Shown here in pieces: positions 58,386-64,000 of a stretch of 64,000 nt of DNA (position 1 is the stretch's first letter; each line of letters starts with the position of its first letter). The stretch is from NCBI GenBank assembly GCA_020437585.1, contig JAGQWG010000001.1:216577-280576 (forward strand), in the 5' to 3' direction. The translations under genes and the position numbers were made by a program. Source of the DNA: Ignavibacteriota bacterium (GTDB lineage Bacteria; Bacteroidota; Ignavibacteria; Tepidaquicellales; Tepidaquicellaceae). The notes under the pieces are model-generated. The model was not told the origin of the DNA and made no database searches. It saw only the letters and a program-made list of their open reading frames with translations.

Positions 58386-58823
58386 ATGAGCACAAACGAA
58401 ACAATTGCCGTTCTCAGACCGGATGAAAAATTCACTACACACATCTCCGTAGACGGTCACGAAATAATTGCAGATGAACCTGGCTCCTCCGGTGGATATG
58501 ATAAAGGACCGACTCCCTATGGTCTCATTGCATCAGGACTTGCCGCCTGTACCGTAATGACTATGAAATGGTACTCTGATAGAAAAGGTTGGAATGTTGA
58601 CGAGTTTAAAGCCATTATAACTCACGGAAAAGATTATGTAGAAGATTGTGAAAATTGCGAAGAGGGTAAAAAAGCCCAGATCTATAAATTTAATGTGACG
58701 GTAAAAACAAAAGGACAGCTCTCCGACGAGCAAAAGCTCAAACTAATTGACATCGCTAAGAAATGTCCCGTCCACAGGACACTTTTATCACCGATCGATA
58801 TAGAAACTAAATTCGAAGACTGA
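58386..58823 (+). CDS. OsmC-family protein
   Basis: GPTPYGLIASGLAACTVMT and AKKCPVHRTL. Confidence 0.8.
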   Translation: MSTNETIAVLRPDEKFTTHISVDGHEIIADEPGSSGGYDKGPTPYGLIASGLAACTVMTMKWYSDRKGWNVDEFKAIITHGKDYVEDCENCEEGKKAQIYKFNVTVKTKGQLSDEQKLKLIDIAKKCPVHRTLLSPIDIETKFED

Positions 58824-59227
58824 TGCCCGCAGGATATTCCGGTACACCGCTCGTAAAAAAACTCGGTATTAAAGAAGGCTTTAAAGTCCGCTTCATAAAT
58901 AAGCCAAAGAATTATATGGATCTGCTGGAAGAAATTCCTCCTGCTGTTAAACAGATCAAAACAGGCAAAGCTGACTTTGTTCACATATTCACTAAAAGCC
59001 GTAAGGACCTTGCTTCCGAATTGAAAAAGAATATGAGATCCATAGAGCAGGACGGAATGATATGGGTTTCGTGGCCAAAGAAAGCATCTAAGGTACCTAC
59101 AGATATTACGGAGGATGTTATCCGTGAAGTTGCCCTCCCGATGGGACTTGTGGATATAAAAGTATGCGCTGTGGATGATATCTGGTCTGGATTAAAACTC
59201 GTCATTAGAAAAGAAAACCGAAGATAA
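58823..59227 (+). CDS. DUF3052-like protein
   Basis: The N-terminus MPAGYSGTPLVKKLGIKEGFKV matches my recall of DUF3052. Confidence 0.6.
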   Translation: MPAGYSGTPLVKKLGIKEGFKVRFINKPKNYMDLLEEIPPAVKQIKTGKADFVHIFTKSRKDLASELKKNMRSIEQDGMIWVSWPKKASKVPTDITEDVIREVALPMGLVDIKVCAVDDIWSGLKLVIRKENRR

Positions 59228-59228
59228 A

Positions 59229-59630
59229 ATGAGCGAAAGAAAAAAAGTATCGGCTGGCACAAAATGGGGTGATTCCGTCGGGTATTCCCGCGCGGTTCTT
59301 GCGGAAAATATCATCGAAGTAGCCGGCACAACCTCCTTTGAAAATGGTGAAGTTGTCGGAGTGGGTGATGCATATGCCCAGGGAATGTTTATTTTAAATA
59401 AGATACGCTCTGCTATTAGCGAGCTGGGCGGTGACATAAATGATGTTGTAAGGACACGCATGTTTATTACGGATATCGGTGCTTGGGATGGCGTTGCCAA
59501 AGCTCACGGTGAATTCTTTTCTGAAATCAAACCCGCTTCTACTATGGTCGTTATTAGCGGGCTTGCTCATCCTGATATGCTTGTCGAGATCGAAGCCACT
59601 GCAATTTTAGCCAATAAAAAACCCGGCTGA
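59229..59630 (+). CDS. RidA/YjgF-family protein
   Basis: VVRTRMFITDI and MLVEIEATA are the C-terminal signature. Confidence 0.75.
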   Translation: MSERKKVSAGTKWGDSVGYSRAVLAENIIEVAGTTSFENGEVVGVGDAYAQGMFILNKIRSAISELGGDINDVVRTRMFITDIGAWDGVAKAHGEFFSEIKPASTMVVISGLAHPDMLVEIEATAILANKKPG

Positions 59631-59644
59631 AAAACCGGGTTTTA
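59617..59644 (+). terminator. Intrinsic terminator after the RidA-like gene
   Basis: AAAACCCGG, loop CTGAAAAA, CCGGGTTTT. Overlaps the stop codon. Confidence 0.7.
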
Positions 59645-59667
59645 AATCTTTTAATTCTCCCCTAAAA

Positions 59668-60363
59668 TTATTCCTTCTTTGGTTCTTTCTTTACAGGAGT
59701 ATTGTTATTATTGCTCTCCCTCTTATACTCTCTTCCGGAGTTATCGTTATTATAGCTCGGCGGAGGAGTATAGGTATTATTTGAGGACTTATAAGAATTA
59801 TTCGAAGATTTCTTCTTAGTTGTATAACGCTTCTTAGAAGTTTTTCTTTTCTTGGAATATTTCTTTTTAGAGTTCTTCTTGCTCTTTGTGTACTTCTTAT
59901 TTTTATTTGAAGTTTTCTTGTTCCCTACTGTCTTACCGGTGGTGTACTTCTTTCCATTCCAGGTAAAAGTAGAAAGACCTTTTCTCTTTGCGTCCTTGTA
60001 AGCAGAGCCAAAGCTTACATTCTTATAACTGGCGCTTTCACGCTTGTTGTTGTTGCTTTTCTTATTGCTGGTGATGTTCTTCTTACCGTCGGTGTCTTTC
60101 TCCGTCGTGTAAGTCTTACCGTTGTATTTGAATGTCTTTAAACCTTTTTTTCTTGCCTCTCTGTATGCCTGTCCGAAACTCGAGAGGTTACTGCTAGACT
60201 TCTTCTTGTAAGTCTTTTTCTTTGAAGATTTCTTTTTCTTCTTTTTCCTGTTTTGCTCTACCTTTTCAGTACCGTTTGTTGATGCTTGAACGGTGCTGAC
60301 TTCAGCAATAAACCCTCCAAAAAAAGAAAAACAAATCCCCAAAATAAGCGCTCGTAATAACAC
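59668..60363 (-). CDS. Secreted, extremely lysine/serine/asparagine-rich protein with a duplicated 27-aa module
   Basis: GTG start preceded by AAGGAGG. Signal peptide. Modules FGQAYREARKKGLKTFKYNGKTYTTEK and FGSAYKDAKRKGLSTFTWNGKKYTTGK sit between K/S/N-rich tracts. Confidence 0.65.
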   Translation of the reverse strand: MLLRALILGICFSFFGGFIAEVSTVQASTNGTEKVEQNRKKKKKKSSKKKTYKKKSSSNLSSFGQAYREARKKGLKTFKYNGKTYTTEKDTDGKKNITSNKKSNNNKRESASYKNVSFGSAYKDAKRKGLSTFTWNGKKYTTGKTVGNKKTSNKNKKYTKSKKNSKKKYSKKRKTSKKRYTTKKKSSNNSYKSSNNTYTPPPSYNNDNSGREYKRESNNNNTPVKKEPKKE

Positions 60364-60554
60364 GTAGCCCTCCTTGTTTAATTAAATGGTTGACGAAAAA
60401 GTAAATTCACATTGCTAACGATTATTAACTTATTATTAATAACCAAAAAAAACAATACAATTTGGGGTAAAAGCCATATTACGCGCTAAAATTAAACCTT
60501 TTCACTGTTTTTTGCATCAAATGTAATATATTTTAAGTAATATTTCATTTTTTA

Positions 60555-61409
60555 ATGCAAGATTCCAATTTTAAGCCTAATCTCTTATTACTTCTAAATA
60601 GAATCGCTGAGAAACCTGCATACATCACATTGAACACGGGTAACGATGTATTTGGATTTACTGTCGGTGAGACATTCCTGCCTCCGACATTGATCTACGC
60701 CTATAGAGGAGGATGCATGATCTCTCAAAACGATCGAGAAACCCGGTTGCGAAATGGATCTTTTCTCATTTTAAATAAAAATGAAAAATTTTCTATTTCC
60801 AAGATGAACGGTACTGACCGCGGACCTGTATTGCTGTTATTTAAAAAGGATTTTGTAACCGATACCCTTTCGGAAAGTATCTCAGGAAAAATATTCCCGG
60901 CTGACTGGAGTTTCCATTCCCTAATCCGTGAAATGAGTACTGGCATGAAGAGAATTTCTACGGACTTCCAGTGGGGAGAAGAAAAGTTTTTCGAAGTACT
61001 AATACATTTAAATTCGTTGGGGAGTAAAATAGAAAACGAATTAGAGAACCTGAGCCACCAAAAGAAATCAACGAGGATGGAAACTTACCGCAAACTAAAT
61101 AGAGCAAAAGATTTTATCCGTACATACTATGATGAAAAATTAAATCTCGATGATATCTCCAGGGAAGCTGGATTATCCAAATATTATCTTATCAAATTGT
61201 TTAAAGAACTTTATCAGCTTACCCCATATGAATTCCTACTTAGACAGAGAATGATACACGCCTGCGAAATGTTGAGAACCGAGAAGAAAAGCATAACAAA
61301 CATTTGCTACGATACCGGATTTGAAAGCCCTTCCTCGTTTTCTTTATTATTTAAAAAACATACCGGATTATCCCCTCGCGAATACAGGAATTTATCCCTT
61401 AATTATTAG
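60555..61409 (+). CDS. AraC family transcriptional regulator
   Basis: C-terminal dual HTH: LDDISREAGLSKYYLIKLFKELYQLTPYEF...ITNICYDTGFESPSSFSLLFKKHTGLSPREY. Confidence 0.88.
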   Translation: MQDSNFKPNLLLLLNRIAEKPAYITLNTGNDVFGFTVGETFLPPTLIYAYRGGCMISQNDRETRLRNGSFLILNKNEKFSISKMNGTDRGPVLLLFKKDFVTDTLSESISGKIFPADWSFHSLIREMSTGMKRISTDFQWGEEKFFEVLIHLNSLGSKIENELENLSHQKKSTRMETYRKLNRAKDFIRTYYDEKLNLDDISREAGLSKYYLIKLFKELYQLTPYEFLLRQRMIHACEMLRTEKKSITNICYDTGFESPSSFSLLFKKHTGLSPREYRNLSLNY

Positions 61410-61479
61410 CAACATTTGATAAGAATTATTTCGCGTGCGAAACTAATTTTAGATTATTTAAATTTAATAATCTAGAAAC

Positions 61480-62472
61480 ATGAATACACTTAAATTGAAA
61501 AACCTGTTATTTATACTAATTTTGTTTTTACCATATCTTGCCCAAGCGCAGGATAAACCTGCTATCCGGTTCGATGATAAAGTCCGTATAGTCGAGGCAT
61601 ACAGGATAGAGGAAAAATCCGCTGATAGCATCTGGCAGGGATGGTCAAAAACACCTTTCGTCATTCTGTTAGTGGACGATAATTATGAGTATCTCTTAGG
61701 ACATACTCCTTTGACCGATGATTTCATTTCCTTGGGATATGATGATATTCTCAAGCAGGAAGTCTATTACCGTAATAGGACATTCGACAAGAAACTTTTA
61801 GCGACTTTTCCAGCAATTGACGGAATTCCTACTATTGTGATCGGACTCCCGGAAAACACCGGCTTAAACTCTGTCGGTTGGACAATAACATTACTACATG
61901 AGCACTTCCACCAGATGCAAATGTCTGATCCTGATTACTACACATCAGTCGCATCTCTCGATCTTGCAAAAGGTGATGAGTCGGGTATGTGGATGATAAA
62001 CTTCCCATTCCCATATAACTCAGCCGAAGCAGAACAGAAGCTTGCGGTAACAAATGCTCTACTGGCAGATTTAATTGCAGATTATAATGAAGATAAGCTT
62101 AATGAATATTTAAAAGAAAGATCGAAGCTCAAAGAGATATTTGGCGAGGAAAATTACCGTTACTTCTCTTTCCAGCTTTGGCAGGAAGGGATTGCCCGGT
62201 ATACAGAAATGCAGGTCATGAAAATGCTAAATGACGGATATACACCCACAAAAGCATTCCAGCATCTTTCCGATTACCAGGATGTAAACAATGTGATAAT
62301 ATACGCATTTAAAGAATTACAGAAGACTTTGAGAGAAGCCAAATTAAGTGATTACGAAAGGGTCATATTTTACTCTATTGGTGCAGGGGAAGGATTATTA
62401 CTTGACATAGTTGATCCTGATTGGAAGAAAAAATACTTTACGGAAAAATTTTATATTGAGAATTACTATTAA
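61480..62472 (+). CDS. Secreted hypothetical protein with HExxH motif
   Basis: Signal peptide. LLHEHFHQMQ contains H-E-H-F-H. Confidence 0.45.
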   Translation: MNTLKLKNLLFILILFLPYLAQAQDKPAIRFDDKVRIVEAYRIEEKSADSIWQGWSKTPFVILLVDDNYEYLLGHTPLTDDFISLGYDDILKQEVYYRNRTFDKKLLATFPAIDGIPTIVIGLPENTGLNSVGWTITLLHEHFHQMQMSDPDYYTSVASLDLAKGDESGMWMINFPFPYNSAEAEQKLAVTNALLADLIADYNEDKLNEYLKERSKLKEIFGEENYRYFSFQLWQEGIARYTEMQVMKMLNDGYTPTKAFQHLSDYQDVNNVIIYAFKELQKTLREAKLSDYERVIFYSIGAGEGLLLDIVDPDWKKKYFTEKFYIENYY

Positions 62473-62496
62473 AGTTATATTTTATTGTAAAGGGGA

Positions 62497-62886
62497 TTGA
62501 TGGATACGCATACTTCTGAAGCCGAGAAATTAAAGAACCTCATAATTGTCGGTGATAGGGTTTTAATAAAACCAAAGACTGCCGACGAAAAAACCAAAAC
62601 CGGTCTTTATCTTCCTCTCAATGTACAGGAAAAGGAAGAAGTAAGGAGCGGGTTCGTGATGAAAGTGGGACCGGGCTATCCGATACCACTCCCTGCCGAA
62701 GGTCTTGATGAGGATTGGAAAGGAAACGATGAAGCAGTAAAATATATTCCCTTGCAGGCAAAAGAAGGCGACCTTGCTATTTACCTTCAAAAAGGAGCAG
62801 TCGAAGTTCTCTATCAGGATGAAAAATATTATATAGTCTCTCAGCACTCTATACTTATGATTGAGAGATATGACGATGTTTATTAA
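62497..62886 (+). CDS. GroES-like (Cpn10 fold) protein, extended
   Basis: IVGDRVLIKPK....KTKTGLYLP....E....G.VMKVGPG. At 129 aa it is longer than canonical GroES. No groEL follows. Confidence 0.55.
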   Translation: MMDTHTSEAEKLKNLIIVGDRVLIKPKTADEKTKTGLYLPLNVQEKEEVRSGFVMKVGPGYPIPLPAEGLDEDWKGNDEAVKYIPLQAKEGDLAIYLQKGAVEVLYQDEKYYIVSQHSILMIERYDDVY

Positions 62887-62926
62887 AATAATTTATATAT
62901 TCCGATAAGTAAAAAACAATTGGTTC

Positions 62927-63322
62927 ATGACTACAAATATTAATTCGGATACCACTACTAATGGCATAAGAGTTCAGGTTTTTCCTGAATACGTGCAGGA
63001 GCATTCGGACACCGATAATAACCTCTATTATTTTAAATACAGGATAATTATTACAAATAATTCCGATAAGGCAGTTACGCTGGTTTCACGTCATTGGGAA
63101 ATCATTAATTCCGAGGGCGATACAGAGGTCGTAGATGGTCCCGGAGTTATAGGTAAAACTCCTTACCTCGAGCCCGGTGACGATTTTGAATACGAAAGCT
63201 ATTGCCCTCTTGATACGAGCTGGGGTACAATGGAAGGCTCTTATAGCATGCAGGATGATGACGGTGATTCATTCGACATTGAGATCGGACGTTTTTATCT
63301 GTGTATACCCGTAACCGTGTAA
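62927..63322 (+). CDS. apaG: ApaG protein
   Basis: GIRVQVFPEYVQEHSD...YYFKYRIIITNNSDKAVTLVSRHWEIINSEGDTEVVDGPGVIGKTPYLEPGDDFEY.S......GTMEGSY. Confidence 0.88.
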   Translation: MTTNINSDTTTNGIRVQVFPEYVQEHSDTDNNLYYFKYRIIITNNSDKAVTLVSRHWEIINSEGDTEVVDGPGVIGKTPYLEPGDDFEYESYCPLDTSWGTMEGSYSMQDDDGDSFDIEIGRFYLCIPVTV

Positions 63323-63337
63323 CATTAATCCGTAACT

Positions 63338-64000
63338 TTGGGTTTTAATCACTTCTTTGATTCCTTCGTTAGCGACCCCCTTAATATCTTTATCTCTATT
63401 CTTTTCGTTTTTTATTTACTGACCTATATTGAATATTATTTCGGTAGTAAGTCGATTAAAAACCTGAAAGACTTCCCGCCAACTAAGGTTGACGATCCAC
63501 CATTTATCTCATTCATTATACCCGCTAGAAATGAGGGAAAGAAAATAAAAGAAGCCCTTTCGTCGGTCCTGGCTCTGGATTATCCACGATATGAAGTAAT
63601 AGCAATTAACGATAGATCCGATGATAGTACGGGCAGGATTTTAAATGACTTATCCGCCATAAATTCCCATCTGAAAGTCGTTCACATAACTTCACTTCCA
63701 CCGGGATGGCTCGGAAAGAACTATGCACTCGATTACGGAGCAAAAAATGCTTCCGGCAAGTATTTTATATTTACTGATGCAGATGTAGTTTTTAAACCGG
63801 ATACGCTGAACCGTGTATTGGAATACATAAAACAAAACAACACCGATCACCTGGCAATGGCACCTTCACACGTTTTTAAAAAGACCCTTCTGACCGCAGT
63901 TATATGTATTTTCGAATTCCTTTTCATGGTAAAATTTAAACCGTGGAAAGTAGCTAACCCCAAAAGCAAATACTTCATCGGTATAGGCTCCTTCAATATG
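63338..64000 (+). CDS. Family 2 glycosyltransferase (partial, continues right of window)
   Basis: My translation of the open frame: ...PFISFIIPARNEGKKIKEALSSVLALDYPRYEVIAINDRSDDSTGRIL...FIFTDADVVF, preceded by a transmembrane helix. The only in-frame start candidate is the TTG at 63338, so the start is uncertain. Confidence 0.7.
   Translation, partial: MGFNHFFDSFVSDPLNIFISILFVFYLLTYIEYYFGSKSIKNLKDFPPTKVDDPPFISFIIPARNEGKKIKEALSSVLALDYPRYEVIAINDRSDDSTGRILNDLSAINSHLKVVHITSLPPGWLGKNYALDYGAKNASGKYFIFTDADVVFKPDTLNRVLEYIKQNNTDHLAMAPSHVFKKTLLTAVICIFEFLFMVKFKPWKVANPKSKYFIGIGSFNM

Overview
Low-GC chromosomal window, probably from an FCB-group bacterium (Ignavibacteria/Bacteroidota-like). That guess rests on two T9SS-type C-terminal sorting domains, TTTG/TAnnTTTG-like promoters and DUF1573-type genes. 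Most of the window is tightly packed housekeeping and stress genes: ruvB, lnt, ispF, queA, ribF-rpsO-pnp, queG, ppdK, mtaB, a DEAD-box helicase, and egtB/egtD with a redox-defence cluster. Three regions are accessory. (1) 1-5535 is a phage-like head and DNA-packaging module cut by the left window edge: capsid and a P2 GPO-type scaffold on the minus strand, diverging from DUF1834-like, portal-like, DUF1320-like and terminase large subunit ORFs on the plus strand. (2) 36.8-38.8 kb is a type II restriction-modification cassette: a Dam-family methyltransferase convergent with a controller (C) protein and a PD-(D/E)XK nuclease. (3) 42.84-43.33 kb is ORF-free, looks more GC-rich by eye, and is visibly structured. 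The observation I rate highest links (1) and (3). A perfect 14-bp palindrome, TAGATACGTATCTA, lies exactly 18 nt upstream of a TTTG element, which is followed 20 nt later by a TAWATT box. This unit occurs three times in the divergent control region of the phage module. It occurs a fourth time 41.4 kb away, with 38 nt nearly identical, pointing into region (3), a candidate ~420-nt ncRNA or a long structured leader of mtaB. No rRNA, tRNA, CRISPR array or transposase was recognised. All family assignments come from reading the translations, not from database searches.
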